Of a stretch of DNA of 64,000 nucleotides, positions 28,497 through 43,121 are shown in pieces. The stretch is from Octopus vulgaris. Lineage: Eukaryota. Under the pieces are notes generated by a model, which worked only from the letters and a program-made list of their open reading frames with translations, was not told the DNA's origin and made no database searches. Numbering within the stretch: the stretch's first letter is position 1; every line of letters starts with the position of its first letter. The stretch lies in contig OX597834.1 of NCBI GenBank assembly GCA_951406725.2, positions 15,314,001 through 15,378,000 on the forward strand, in the 5' to 3' direction. The translations under genes were made by a program, and so were the position numbers.

Positions 28497-28954
28497 CATA
28501 CATACATACACACACACACGTACGCACACACGCAGAAAGGGACGACTTGTAACCTTCGCTTTGTTTTTGTTTGGACGGTATTTTTGTGTTTTTGTTATGA
28601 ATATTTGACTGTTATTTCTAGCAATGTGAGTGACATCATTGTAGCTATTTAATTCATTCTACCATAAAGGTTCCTAACGTTGTTTGCTTGATTTACCTCT
28701 TTGCAATTTTTTTAAAGTTAATACTTATCCTCTTATCTAAACAGAAAAAGAAATTTATTAAAGAAATTTATTTTCAGAGGGCAAATAATTATTCTTTTCC
28801 TACAGAAAATTCTTAGTTATCCCTACATGTACGTTTCACCTACAAATTTTGCCCAAATAAAGCCACTTAACACCAACACTTCCTGCTGTCGGTAATTTTA
28901 CCGGAGTTCATTTTGTTGTTAGCATTCAGACCATGTTTTCGATCCAAAGATATC

Positions 28955-29185
28955 TATTTCTTTACTGCCCACAAGGGGCTAAACATACAGGGGACAAACA
29001 AGGACGGACAAAGAGATGAAGTTGATTACATTGACCCCAGTGCGAAACTGGTACTTAATTTATCGACCCTGAAAGGATGAAAGGCAAAGTCGACCTCGGC
29101 GGAATTTGAACTCAGAAAGTAACGACAGACGAAATACGGCTACGCATTTCGCCCAGCGTGCTAACGATTCTGCTAGCTCGCCGCC
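28955..29185 (-). mobile_element. SINE family B, Tx1-like tail, 17-bp TSD
   Basis: TSD TTCGATCCAAAGATATC at 28938-28954 / 29186-29202. Confidence 0.92.
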
Positions 29186-30482
29186 TTCGATCCAAAGATA
29201 TCTTCCGCCTCCTGCTATTCTGGAAGGTCTCGGGAATGGTGAAAAGCTACGCCTAGCTGCTTGACTAAAAGATAAAAAACAATATTGTTCTGATATATTA
29301 GAATGGTGTGGTAAGAGGAATACTTCATTGCATTTTCTAACAGGTCGTGTGGCCACGTGGTACGATCATGTCTATCGTGCATTCATGGGTTTATTAATTT
29401 TGCGTGGGCGTGAGGACAGCAATGTCTCGATGGCGTACTGGACGGTCAGTCAACGACTGTTAGTATCCACTAAAACTGTTATTATTGAATCTAGAGAAGA
29501 ATTATTACATCTAGAATAACTCTATTATCATTGTATCTCACCAATGCGAGAGACAAAGAACCAAAGAACATGTCGAGAGAGTTAACTTACTTGCCTCCGT
29601 TCAATTATCGATTAATATAGATTAGCGCTTACCTTAGTAAATATGCTAAGAAAAGTTATGAACGTCACGACTCCCCGTTGTCTTTTCCCATCCCACTTCA
29701 ATTATAGGCACCATTGTGTCTTCACAAACAAAGATGATAATCTAATACTTGAGAAGTTCTTATTTGAAGCAACTAACTCTAACCACTAAGTAACTCGTTG
29801 ATCGTGGAATTTTGCCAGGGAATGTTGGTGCTGAGAGAACGTTGATGGCGTTAAAGAGATTAGCTATTCTTCATATTCTCATTTGCATCTTATTCATTTT
29901 ACTTGACGTCATAATCTAGCTTTGTAGCTGCGGTTATGAAAAGTCAATACCCTCTGCCGTGTAGTCAATTTAAATGTACATTTATGAAATTCGTTCAAGA
30001 AAACGTAGCCGAGGTTAAAACATTCCATCGCTCCGACCACACAAATACGTTTTCGTTAGAAGTTTGTGATTTCGGTTTCTTATATAGTTCTGAAATCGGC
30101 GAATACAAATAAATATACTTACATACGTATTATGTATATATATATATGTAACATATGGTATAATTATAAACAGGGCAAATTTGACCTATTTCTCTACAGA
30201 CTGAAAAAAAAATGAACAAACTTAATCGATTTTCGAACCTTATTTCGTTCTCATCAGAGGCGTCTGCACCATTATGACAGCGGCCTGTCAACGAGGATCT
30301 TAGTCCACACAGTATCAAGATATGTATACACGCACACACACACATATATATATACAAAGTAATACAGGGGTTATGGGTGCAACCCACTATGGGACAGTAT
30401 TTATCCAATATACTGTCGAGTGAATAAATAGTCCAACATTCTAATATCCGAAAGTTGATGAACAAACTAAATTTGTTTCTCC

Positions 30483-30548
<66 letters not shown>

Positions 30549-31154
30549 CGCATGTACGTAGATGTGTGTATTTTAACTTGGTTGTAAAATACTGCTCAAA
30601 TAACAGACATGTATTCCATTGAATACACAACTTTGTTGGATTTTTTCATTTTTAGCTTAAACTTTTCCTATTTTACAATTAGTATTTCCTTACCATCATT
30701 TTACAACAATATTGTTCCTCAAATCATATTCTACATTTCCAAATCGTCATATTGAATGTGATAGAAATCGAGTGCAAGTGGGGCTTGCCTTGTTTCCTAT
30801 TTACTGCTTAGGCTCTTGTAGAATTTTCTGCAACGCAACGCCAATATAATCTGACAGATAACAGGCTTATTAAAGAATTTGCACGTGACAACTGGCATGA
30901 AAACATAGAGGTAGAAAATTTGACGACGCGAGATCAAATCGAACCCTCACTGCTGATGTGGAAGCCAAATTAGTAAAAATAACACTTATGGTGGAAAATC
31001 TATATGAACTCAACCTGTACATAATTCCTCATCTCTTCAACGGGGATATACAATTATTATTACTGTTTAAAATTTTACATGCATTTCAATAACCCACTAT
31101 AGATGGAAAAAATACAAAGGCAATCTAGATGCGACATTCCAGTTAATATATTAT

Positions 31155-31698
31155 TTATTAACTCCGCCTTAGCGATAGCAGAGGTATTTGTTTTCAGTCA
31201 CGTTTGTTTGTTTATCCACGGACAAGATATCTCAATAACCGCTGGGTGGATTCAGGTGAAACTTTCATGGATGTTGGGCTTTGCAACTGGCTCTAACTGA
31301 TTAGATTTTGGGATCGATCCAGTACCGGACAAGGATTCTGGATTATTTTTCAGTTTTTTTTTAAAATGTTTAAGAGTGTTCGTTTGTGAGAGCAGTTGTG
31401 TTTATTTCAGATATTCTCATTTAAAAAATCATCTCTAGCTAATCGTTGAGAGAACGTTGGTGTTGCCCTGGCGCTGGTTTGCGCTCTATGAGTGCTCTTG
31501 TTTCAGATATTTTCTCATTTTAAAAACCACCTCTGGCTAATCGTTGAGAGGACGTTGGTGTTGCCTTGGCGCTGGTCTGCGCTCTATGAGTGCTCTTGTT
31601 TCAGATATTTTCTCATTTTAAAAACCACCTCTGGCTAATCGTTGAGAGGACGTTGGTGTTGCCTTGGCGCTGGTTTGCGCTGTCTGGGTGGCCTTGTT
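31155..31698 (+). mobile_element. Helentron/DINE-like non-autonomous element with triplicated 3' end
   Basis: 5' TTAACTCCGCC..GAGGTATTTGTTTTC, GTTT microrepeat, 3' TTGGCGCTGG..GCGCTCTATGAGTGC hairpin + TT; 98-bp unit x3. Confidence 0.7.
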
Positions 31699-32794
31699 CT
31701 ACATGTTTCTTGCTGACAATATCATTGTGTAACTTGAGTAACTCCAATAAAATATGAAATTCAAGGGAGGCAAAGCCGAAATTTAAATTATTAAAAATTA
31801 ATTCAATATGAATAGCAATGGAAGCGTGCGACTGCGTTGTTTAACGGTGCATCTTCCGAGGTATCTAATATTAAAAGTATTCTAAATAATGAGGTATCTA
31901 TCGTATTCTCTACCCCCACGACCACTTAGTCGAATGATAGAAATGATAAACAATGGTTAAAAGACTAAAACAGAAACATGATTCAATAGTATGCTCTTGA
32001 CCACAGATCTCATCGATCAGATTTGATATTGTGTTAAACATCAACCAACAATAACAACAACAACACTTAATCTACCACCAGTGTGCTTTGATTAAAATAT
32101 TGTAACATCAAATATGAATTTCAACATTGAATTAAAATTATCTGCAGAGAATTAATCAGTCTTTTATTTAGTAAATCGTTTCATTTTAATGGAGGTTACA
32201 TTGGATAATGTCCAAGTTTAAGGTCAAACCCGGGTCAGTGGTTTCCAATTTATTTCTTGTAGTCAGTAAAGTAAATTCCTGTGGCAGTTTAATCGGATTA
32301 GCGTTTATAACCAGAATGAGTTGGTGAGTTGGAAAAACTGCTTCATAAACTACTGTCTCGGACTCTTATCGTCATTCGTATGGTGTACACGAGCTCAACG
32401 ATGGACTAGGATAAATCACCCATTACCCTATTCCTTCTTTCCCGGAGTTTACTCCAACTGGAAATCTATCCTTTCTCCGTGAATTTGTGGTAGCCATCTC
32501 TGATAGAGTAGACAAGGCACTAGGAATTTCATCAGCGTCAGTTACAGTGGTCTCTGAGTAAAAGTGTAGCCCATGGGTACAGTTCCTTCCTGTAGGACAA
32601 AGGAAGAAGAAAACGAAGGAAACTGAGTTTGAAATTACAGTCTGAGTTCAAATCTAATGAGGTCTACTTATGTTTTTCATAAAAGTATCGTTTTCGAGAT
32701 ATGAACGGAATCAGCGTTTGCCTTGTTTGTTATCAAGTGTTACAATCGTCATAGAATTTTCCGCAACACGATGCAAATATTAAGTTGCAAGGAA

Positions 32795-32847
<53 letters not shown>

Positions 32848-32938
32848 CATGCATGTATGCATGCATGTATGAATGTGTATGTATTTACATATGTATCTCT
32901 ATGTATTTATACAGTATCTGTATATATGTAAATATATT

Positions 32939-32973
<35 letters not shown>

Positions 32974-33367
32974 ATATAAATATATACATGCATACATATA
33001 TATAGAGAGAGAGGGATGGATGGTTGGATAGATAAATACATGTATACATATGTATATATACATATATATATATATACTTATATAAACATATATATGTATG
33101 TGCGTGTGTGTGCATATACATATATACATATGTGTATGTATGTAGGTATATATGTATGTATGCATGTTGATATATGCCAAGCCAGTGAATAGCGGTATAT
33201 ATTTTGTGACTTTTAAACGATATGATATATATCTTACACAATAAACAGCAAAGAAAAATATATTTATATTTCAAATTAATATCACATGTTTTCCCTGACG
33301 TAGCAATTTTACTTCCAACACACAACTAATGATAAATCAATATATGTGTGCATGTATGTATATATGT

Positions 33368-33680
33368 GTGGAGGCGCAATGACCCAGTAGATAGAGCAGC
33401 GGACTCGCGGTCGGAGGATCGCGGTTTTCGATTCCCAGACCGGGCGTCGTGTGTGTTTATTGAGCGAAAACACCTAAAAGCACCACGAGGCTCTGGCAGG
33501 GGGTGGTGGCGATCCCTGTTGTACTCTTTCGCCCCAACTTTCTCTCACTCTCTGTTCCTGTTTCTTGAGTAACGCTGCGATGGACTGTCGTCCCGTCCAG
33601 CTGGGGGGGGGGACACATACGCCACAGAAACCGGGAAACCGGGCCCATGAGCATAACTAGGCTTGAAAAGGGCGACGTTT
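33368..33680 (+). mobile_element. SINE family C, tail type 2
   Basis: Same head and body; 3' part CTGCGATGGACTG..CCCGTCCAG..GAAACCGGGAAACCGG. Confidence 0.87.
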
Positions 33681-34560
33681 GTCGTTTTATGTATGTATAT
33701 ATGTGTTTATATGAGTGTGACGATTAAATTCAGAAGACCGAAAAACAATGTAGTTACTCTTGTAGTCAATTCCTACGATATAAGTGAACCAACAGGCGCG
33801 TTAGTAATGGCATTGTGACCTATCCAGCTCATCTTGACTCTATTCATTAACTAACAATGACAAAAGTAATTCTGTCACTTGATACCATCATTCCTGTTGC
33901 TGATTGCTCCTCGGGTAGCTTCAGCATAACAAGGTGGGTGGAAGTCGATATACGGAGTTTCTCGCATGGTTGGGGCGTTGGCTTAAATCATTATGTAACC
34001 CGCATTTTAGAATATGTGTCTACGTTTAATCGGATCAAAAATCAACATTATGTAATGTTTATAACTATGGCTACACCAAGTGTAATCTATGAATGTTTAA
34101 ATGTCTATGAGTCAAGAGATGTGGGTAAGAAATAATCTGACCCACATCTCTTGTAAGATATGTGTGTGTGTGTGTGTGTGTGCGCGCGTGCGTGCGCGTT
34201 GCTTGTCCATGAGTATTATTTATATATAAGCTATATATATGAATGTGTGTTGTTAAGCCCGTGTGTATGCTCAGGTATATATGAACTTAGCGATATAGAT
34301 AGATCGATAGATAGATAGATAAATAGATAGATAGATAGGTAGATAGATGTGCATGTGTGAGGATTTATGGAAAAAAATTATGTATATATATATGCATAGA
34401 TATACATATATATACATATATATATCCATAGATATACACATATATAAATAAATATATATTATATATATATATATATATACATACATATATCAATTCCTGA
34501 ATAAATTATATTTATATATCTATATCTATACACACCTATATATGTATATATATATATATA

Positions 34561-34614
<54 letters not shown>

Positions 34615-34832
34615 GCATGGGTTTTGTTAAACGTTCCTAGTGATTTTCTTTCAATAACCTACACAATCTAAACACGGAACATTTGATAATTTAAAAGAAA
34701 AGTCGAAAGACAGCTTCAAAAATATCTTTTCATTTTTTTCCTTTCCTATCTAATTCACTAACAAATATCAACCATAAAAATAAGTGATTTTGACTTGTAT
34801 TAGATTCCACTCTATTTTGTTTTTGTTGCGTT

Positions 34833-34894
<62 letters not shown>

Positions 34895-36094
34895 GTAAAT
34901 GGTTCTTTTCCGTTCGTTTTATTATTTTTATGTTTGTTTGTGATTAATTCTTTTGTTGGTCTTTGTTTTTGTTTTATTTAAAATTTATCTTTCAGAAGTA
35001 ATTCACATTTTTGAAATCGTGTTTCTTGTGAATTCAAATTTACAGAACGGTAACCAAAAAAATTAATAGGAGATATATGTAACGCTAAGAAGCGAGTAAT
35101 AGCATTATATAAAATACTATTCGTTGACTTAAACACATATATACTCGTGTATTTATAAGGCGACGTGTATATATATATGTGTATCTGAGTGTATGTGTCT
35201 GTGTGTGCGGTTAAAGTAATGTATATACATATAGATAGGAATGCATATTTATGAGTGTATATGAAATATATGTATACATTTATACATAACTATATTACAC
35301 AATGTATAATGTATATTGCTATATATGACCACGTATATATATATATATATTACAAGCGTATACGTTTGTGTATATCTAGAGTATACATAATTCAACATAC
35401 ATGTATATGTGAATATATGTATATATATATATACACTTACGTATATATATATGATAGAGATATATGTATGTATAAGTATATATAGATATATATATATATG
35501 TAAATATACATATATATATATATGTAAATATACATATGTAAATATATATATATGTGTAAATATATATATATGTAAATATATATATATATGTAAATATATA
35601 TATATATGTAAATATATATATATGTAAATATACATATACATAAATATATATTCATATATATATAATTCCTATATGTGTGTATGTATATAGTATATCCAAT
35701 GACTTTCTAAACTGAAAGAATATATCACGGAAGGAAAAGACTATACGTCCAATTTGAATCAAACGCGAAATGGAGCAGAATGAAAAAAAATGATTAATGT
35801 ACAAATTTAGTCAAGTGCAAAGAGATATTTTTGAATCAGCGTCTATATATGTATGTATTTGTATGAATTTCTTTCTAAGTGTGTGTGTGTGTGTACTTGC
35901 AATTTAGTATTATTCTTTTTTCGACACTGAGTAGGTACTCATTTGTTGTATGTTTGTTGATTGTCTGTAAGTATGTGTGAGCGTCTGAATGTGTGTATGC
36001 GAGAGTGTGTGCGCGTGCGTATGTGTGTAACTACTTCTTGTTGTTCCTACAAATTACTATAAATTTGCCTACTTTATGGAAATATATGTGTGCG

Positions 36095-36136
<42 letters not shown>

Positions 36137-36192
36137 CATTTATACATACATGTATATATATATATATTCATACATTTATGCATACATGTATG

Positions 36193-36236
<44 letters not shown>

Positions 36237-36470
36237 TATAAATACCTGTGGTATACCTTTATTAAACTCTGTATATTAAGACCTGTAATACACACATATA
36301 AGTATGTATGCATGTACGTGTATATATATGCTTGTATATATGTGTGTGTACGTATATACATTTATATATGCATGTATATGTATATATATATATATGCGAA
36401 TATATATATATATATGTATGAATATATCTATGTATATGAACAAACGTGTAGAATTATTTTATATATAAAT

Positions 36471-36564
<94 letters not shown>

Positions 36565-36636
36565 ATGTCGATAAATACATTTATATATGTGTGTTTGTGT
36601 ATGTGTCTGTGCGTATGTATGTATAGTTATATGCAT

Positions 36637-36676
<40 letters not shown>

Positions 36677-37235
36677 GTATATTAATGCGTCAGTGTCAAT
36701 ATGTGTCTACCTATATAGCCGTGTGTGGTATCTGTGAAAGCACCTCTTCCGAGCGTCGTCTACATATGAGCGTACAATTTATTATATACACATACAATAC
36801 TTCGTTACTATTATTGTATGTATTGTATAACTCTCATGTTCAGACACCACACCATAAAATCTGATTCTTCAGCCGATTTGTTTTCTTTATATACTTTTAA
36901 AATTGCGTATATTTTTTTGTAGTCATTTATCAGCATTTTACTTCCATCTTACGTTGTAAAAGGTTTCTGTTATGAGCGAAAGAATGAAAACAATGAATTT
37001 CATAAATGAATATGTTTCCGTCATTTTGTTTTCCTTAATTTCTTTCTGCCTTTCATTTTCTTACCTTTTAATTTACGTTGCATCCTATATCATTTTTAAG
37101 TCCTACAGAAGATTAAAATACAAGAAAGGAGATTGAAACGAAACTACATATATATGTGCGTATGTGTGTATGCATATATATGTATATATATAAACACACA
37201 CAATATATATATATATATATAAACATATAAACATA

Positions 37236-37274
<39 letters not shown>

Positions 37275-37287
37275 ATATATTTATATA

Positions 37288-37328
<41 letters not shown>

Positions 37329-37347
37329 ATATATTTATATAAACATA

Positions 37348-37382
<35 letters not shown>

Positions 37383-37475
37383 ATATATTTATATATATAT
37401 ATATATAAACATATATTTATATATATATATATATATAAACATATGTATATATATATACACATACACACATACATA

Positions 37476-37512
<37 letters not shown>

Positions 37513-37547
37513 ATATGTATATATATATACACATACACACATACATA

Positions 37548-37588
<41 letters not shown>

Positions 37589-37611
37589 CATATGTATATA
37601 TATATACACAT

Positions 37612-37644
<33 letters not shown>

Positions 37645-37829
37645 CATATATATTCATATATATTTATTACTATTTTCTTTTCAAAATGGCTTCTCTATGA
37701 GTTATCTAACGATACATGTCAAAGGTAAAGTTGTCTTGATGTATTTGTCAGAAATACTGTTGAGAAACATTAGAAAATGAGCAGCAAACAATAGAGGAAA
37801 TGCTCTTATGATGATGATAATAGTAATAA

Positions 37830-38068
37830 TAATAATAATGATGATGATAATAATAATACTTCCTACTAAAGGCAGACGGGCCTGAATTTGGTCTCAGCGG
37901 ACAATCGATTATATCGACCCCACTTTTCACTGGTTCTTAATTCATCGACCCCGAAAAGATGAAAGGCATAGTGAACCTCAGCGGAATTTGTACTCGGAAC
38001 GTAGCGACGGACGAATTACCCCTAAGTATTTCGTCGAGTGCGCTAACGATTCTGCCAGCTCGCCGCCT
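37830..38068 (-). mobile_element. SINE family B, (ATT)n-tail variant, diverged
   Basis: Head and core on the minus strand, ending in (ATT)n. Confidence 0.78.
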
Positions 38069-38083
38069 TGCTGATAATGATAA

Positions 38084-38116
<33 letters not shown>

Positions 38117-38459
38117 CATCAGTAGCATTTTGTAGGATTGATGTAACTCCCCCAGTAGGTATATAGAAGCAAAAAGAAAGGAGAGTGTCATCGTTATCAA
38201 GTGAACGATAATTCGCCATTGACAAGTTTATTTTTTGAACATGCGGAGGGCACATATATGCCGAAATATCGTTCACTTGGTAAAAATGGCACTCTTTCTT
38301 TTTGCTTTAGTAGTAGTAGTAGTAGTAGTAGTAGAAGTAGTAAACTACTTGAGACAGACCAGAGGAGATTTTATAACCAAATAAACATTGAAGAAAGTGC
38401 TGAAGATGAGAAACCTGTTTCCATGTTGTATAAATTATTCACCTGGATGAGACGTCGGT

Positions 38460-38613
38460 CTATAGCAGGATTACTTCTTTTAACCAGCTGAGTGTACTGG
38501 AGCAACCTGAAATGAAGTGTTTTGCTCAAGAACACAACGCGTAGCCCAGTCCAGGAATCGAAATCACAGATCATGAACTCACCACCCTTAACCACTGAGT
38601 CAAGCGCCTTCAC
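38460..38613 (-). mobile_element. SINE family D-like 5' part
   Basis: TTTCGATTCCTGG B-box, GTGTTCTTGAGCAAAACACTTCATTTCA, TGCTCCAGTACACTCAGCTGG. Confidence 0.65.
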
Positions 38614-39364
38614 ATATGTCGCTTTAGGGTGATCACATTTATCATCTCGTCTACTGCAAGTTCTATGGCGAAGGAAGAGTGGTGACGTGCAGAATTAACC
38701 AGTTAGAAGCGCACAGCGGGTTACAGCTTTCGTCTGTCCCCTATGATTGAAACCGTGCAGAACTGAATATTCATTGGAGAGCTCATGGACGGAAAGCCCT
38801 AAATGCTATTGACTTTTAGGAAGCCCAAGGCAACGACAAATATCTACATGTATATGAATGTATATTTGATATTCTCGATTGGAAAATCAAGGACAGCGTC
38901 AGAAGTCGGAAAAACATTTACTGGACACAAAATTTATAAGTCATATATAAAATAAAAATAAACTTCAATAAGTAAGCAGTTGTTTTAATTATAATTACGC
39001 AGTTTCTTTCTAATTAATGAACTTATGTCTATTATATAATATTTGATAATATTATCCAAATGTTCTTATATATATATTTTTTAATTAACCTTTTATCAAA
39101 ATATTAGCTGATAAGACTAAATTATTTTCTCCTTTGTTTATTTCTGTGCTTTGAAATACTTAAATCGACTGTTACATTTAATTAAGCATTTCCCTCTTCT
39201 AAAATTTTCATAATTATTTTTCAAGTCAGATATTTGTTTACGTTGTGTGGGTCTTTCATTACTTATAGTCTTTCATCCTAATACATTTGTAAACTAAATT
39301 GAAAAATACATACGTCCGTATGTACGTACATGCAAACATACATACATACATACTTTGGTAGAAA

Positions 39365-39960
39365 TTGAGAATTAAAATAGCCACCAAGTTCAAAACACAA
39401 CCGGCCACATATATCTTTGTGTGAGAGCACAAAGAAAAGATATATTCTTATTTCTTTATTGCCCACAAGGGGCTAAACACAGAGGGGACAAACAAGGACA
39501 GACAAAGGGATTAAATCGATTACATCGACCCCAGTGCGTAACTGGTACTTAATTTATCGACCCCGAAAGGATGAAAGCCAAAGTCGACCTCGGCGAAGTT
39601 TGAACTCAGAACGTAACGGCAGACGAAATACTGCTAAGCATTTCGCCCGGCGTGCTTACCATTCTGCCAGCTCGACGCTTTAACATTTTAAAGATATATT
39701 CTGACGTGGAAACCGGCTGCCCTTTGGACACGAATGTGGCTAGAAAAATACAAGAGAAAGCGGACATCATTGGACCATTGATAAGGAGTTTGCAAATCCA
39801 GTAACCAAGGTACACTTTCAGTTTCATACCTATTATTATTAGAGCTACAGAATACATACCTACCCATCTGGAGCAGAGTATGACTAAACTTGGGATCTTG
39901 GGGAGAGAATACAAATCCTTAACGTCGAGATGTCTGGGACTATACTAATCTCGAACACCT
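39365..39960 (+). pseudogene. Restriction-like endonuclease domain relic of an R4/NeSL-type non-LTR element, interrupted by a family B SINE
   Basis: KHNRPH (normally HNRPD) before the SINE; after it, GCPLDTNVARKIQEKADIIGPLIRSLQ and FSFIPIII. Confidence 0.65.
39449..39680 (-). mobile_element. SINE family B, Tx1-like tail, ~13-bp TSD
   Basis: TSD AAAGATATATTCT at 39436-39448 / 39690-39702. Confidence 0.9.
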
Positions 39961-40249
39961 TCTTGAGATTTGAAAGGTGATGGTTAAAATAGGATACTTT
40001 CCTTCACAATATTCTAGTCTGTCAAAATTTACTGTAAAATTAAAAGGAAAAATAGAATAATATACAATTATACATACATGCATGTATATTATGGTTTTGT
40101 TGTAAAGTGTTTCTTCAGATGAGAGAGTGCTACTTGAAGGGAGAGAATAGCTTCTAGGGTTATTTTTCTTATGGTGAGTAATCACTATCGAAGAGTGAAG
40201 AGCGTACACATATATTTCCATATAATCCGTCCATAAAATATAATGCTCT

Positions 40250-40535
40250 TTGTTCCTTCGCGAGCCATGCCTGGCTCATAAGGTCCGGTTTCCCGGTTTC
40301 CTTGGCGTATAAGTTCCCCACCTGGACGGGACGCCGGTCCGTCGCAGGTGAGCTGCAAGATGCAGGAGGAAAAAGTGAGAGAAAGTCAGCAGAAGTTCGC
40401 CATTACCTTCAGCCGGAGTCGCGTGGAGCTTAGGTGTTTCGCTCATAAACACACACATCGCCCGGTCTGAGATTCGAACTCGCGATCCCTCGACTGCGAG
40501 TCCGCTGCACTAACCACTAGGTCATGTGCCTCCAC
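40250..40535 (-). mobile_element. SINE family C-related, tail type 2
   Basis: Reverse complement has a tRNA-like head (GAGTTCGAATCTC) and the same CCCGTCCAG/GAAACCGG tail. Confidence 0.85.
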
Positions 40536-41219
40536 ATAAAATATATTACAGTCAATAAAATATTTATATTTCGCCAAGGCATAGTGATCCTAATAACCTG
40601 GTTATAGAACTCGATATACCAATGCTTCAGAGCAAACCATTTGTAGAGTACAGAGTGTATTAGTCATATTGTATTATTTATATTATATATACCTATATAC
40701 ACATGTATGTATGTTTGTATGTTTGAAAGCATTTGTTTATGGATACACTTGTGCGTAATCCCTAGTAAAATAAGGATCTACAAATTTATTTAATTCTACA
40801 TTATTACGAATTAATTTCATGCAAGTACAATGTGTAATATTGAAATACAGACGCCAAATTAAATATTGATTCATAGCATATGAATCAATTTATAGACAAA
40901 TCTATTGCCGGAACCTTTCTTAATGGGGTGTTAACAACGTATATATTTGACGCATGCTGGTATAAATTTTGACTGAAATCTGTATTAAATTTTACTTTAA
41001 TTTCATTATAGTTCATAGTGAGTTAAATTAAATGACTTGTCATATTCAAGTATGATATATTCTATGCGCTCAAATCTTCAGTAATTGATATCTAGATTTA
41101 CCTTATTGGTGATGAAGTTTAACAGCAGTCGTTTGACTATTTCAATTGTTATTTAACTAAAGTTTGTAAGAGTATCTTTGTGTTTGTACACACACAGGCA
41201 CGTTCCCATATAGTGACAC

Positions 41220-41267
<48 letters not shown>

Positions 41268-41278
41268 GTAATATATTC

Positions 41279-41313
41279 ACAGGAGTGGCTGTGTGGTAAG
41301 TAGCTTGCTAACC
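41279..41313 (+). mobile_element. SINE family A, 5' stub (A-box region) left of the LINE
   Basis: CAGGAGTGGCTGTGTGGTAAGTAGCTTGCTAACC matches the head of other family A copies (e.g. 48277 onward). Confidence 0.9.
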
Positions 41314-41702
41314 TCACTGACAGAAGAGTGACTTTGCCTACCGTACTACGGTTTGGACGCGTTTTCTTCCCGGTAAGAGTTTTGCTGTGTTGTTAATTGT
41401 TGAATTCCTACTACTGAAAATTTGCCTTTAAACGTTGCTGAACTGTCTTGTTCTCCGGTTTTACCGGGAAATAATTGAATAATTTCTTACCGTTGAACTG
41501 TTAGCCACTGTGGCTTTTTATTTACGTGACTATATATAGTCCTGCCAGACTATTTTCGTGCCCCTCCCCCGAATGGGGGTGGGAATTGGAATTTTTGAAC
41601 TGCTTTTTTGAACTACTTTGGAAGAAAAACTTTCTATAGGTTTCCCAGTTTCGTGGGAAACCAATATTCGTAATTTTTGTGTTGTCTAATTTCAACAGAA
41701 TA

Positions 41703-43105
41703 ATGTCTGTTGAAATTATTCACGAAAGTAGTGCTCTTGAGGAGAGCAATGTTAAAAAATTTTCTGAGGTAGCCGCAGTGGCTACCGAGAAGATTGACAT
41801 CGATGTCAACCAGCTCGTCGAGCTATTTAAAAGAATGCAAGAGGAGGGTGGTGATGTTAAAATATCACCCTCCGCCAGTATCGTGGAGACCGAGAAGCGG
41901 ACCGTAGTGTTTAAAACTTTCTGTCCACAAAGCAGAAGGTTCAAACACTTTGAAAAAAGCACCATCGAGAAATGCCTGTCCCCGATTTGGAAGGACATCG
42001 TGTACGTCGCCAGGGGACGGGCATATGGCACTGTGGATGTCCGCTTCTCGGGGGAAGAAATGGCCCGCGGGCATTCTGTGAACCCCCTAAAAACCAAGGA
42101 GGTGGTACTTTTTCCAAGCTATAGGGGACGCAGGTCGTCCCGGGTCAGGATTGTAGAAGCCCCGCCGGACGTAGATCCGGTAGAGGTAGTGGCCGCCCTG
42201 TTATATAAAAGGGCGGACAAAATAAAAATACTAGAAGTAACATGCTCTACCCCTCGATTTTGGCTCGGGCGTAACATTAATATATTAATTCAAGGAACAG
42301 CGGAGGACCTGCAGCTCCTTCCTGAGAGGGTGCCCGTGGGCGAGAACGTAGCCCTCAGGGTACAGGTCGAAGGCCGAAAACCCACCTGTTACGCCTGCAA
42401 CAAAAAGGGCCACATTCGTGTAGACTGTCCAGACAAGCAAAAGAAACCGCAGACACCAGGCCCCTCAGATAATAAAAAAGTCCCTACCCTTGCAAACACA
42501 CCTACCCCTACAAAAACAAAAAATCCCACTCCTGCTGTTACGGTGCCAACCCCAAAACAGACTGAAGAAAAAACCCAGCCCTCGCACTCACAAACCCCTA
42601 CACTATTAAAACCTCCCACCCCCTAAAAACTGCGGCGCCTACCGAACAAACTATTGCTACCACAGACGATACCATGGAGGTATCAGAGGGGGGATTTACA
42701 CCAGTTCGTAAAAGAATTCGTGCAGCATCCCCGTCCACATCCCCTACAAAAAATAATAAAAACAAAGACACACCACAGACACGGAAAAAAAAATCCCGCT
42801 CAACTGGCCCAGAAAAAGAAGACAAAAAAGAAAATGAACTCATATTAATTGAATTCGACACACAAGACAAATACATAAACGATATTGTGGTTCAGCATCA
42901 GTCAGCAAGACTGTACAACAAATACAAAGATCGAAATAGACACGCGTGGATTGCGGAAACAACGTTCAAACAATTAAAAGACAGACACCCAGACGCCATC
43001 CGGCATATCGCGAACTTGCAGGACTATCTGAAGAAAGAGGAGAAAGAAGGGGCCCACAAACGTGTGGTGAGGTCGGCCCCCACCTCTCCAACGAAATGTA
43101 AGTAG
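41703..43105 (+). CDS. Tx1-type ORF1 (gag-like nucleic-acid chaperone, zinc knuckle), split by one -1 frameshift at C-run 42619-42623
   Basis: ATG at 41703 (MSVEIIHE...), CX2CX4HX4C motif CYACNKKGHIRVDC, then a P/T/K-rich tail. One extra C joins ORF 41679..42626 to the open frame of ORF 42674..43105 (~467 aa). Confidence 0.85.
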
Positions 43106-43121
43106 AACCTTTACTTTTGTA

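Noticed and set aside
41314-41365. Inr/DPE-like internal promoter (TCACT...GGACG) at the LINE 5' end
   Set aside because: GGACG lies about +40, not at the canonical DPE spacing; too weak to call.
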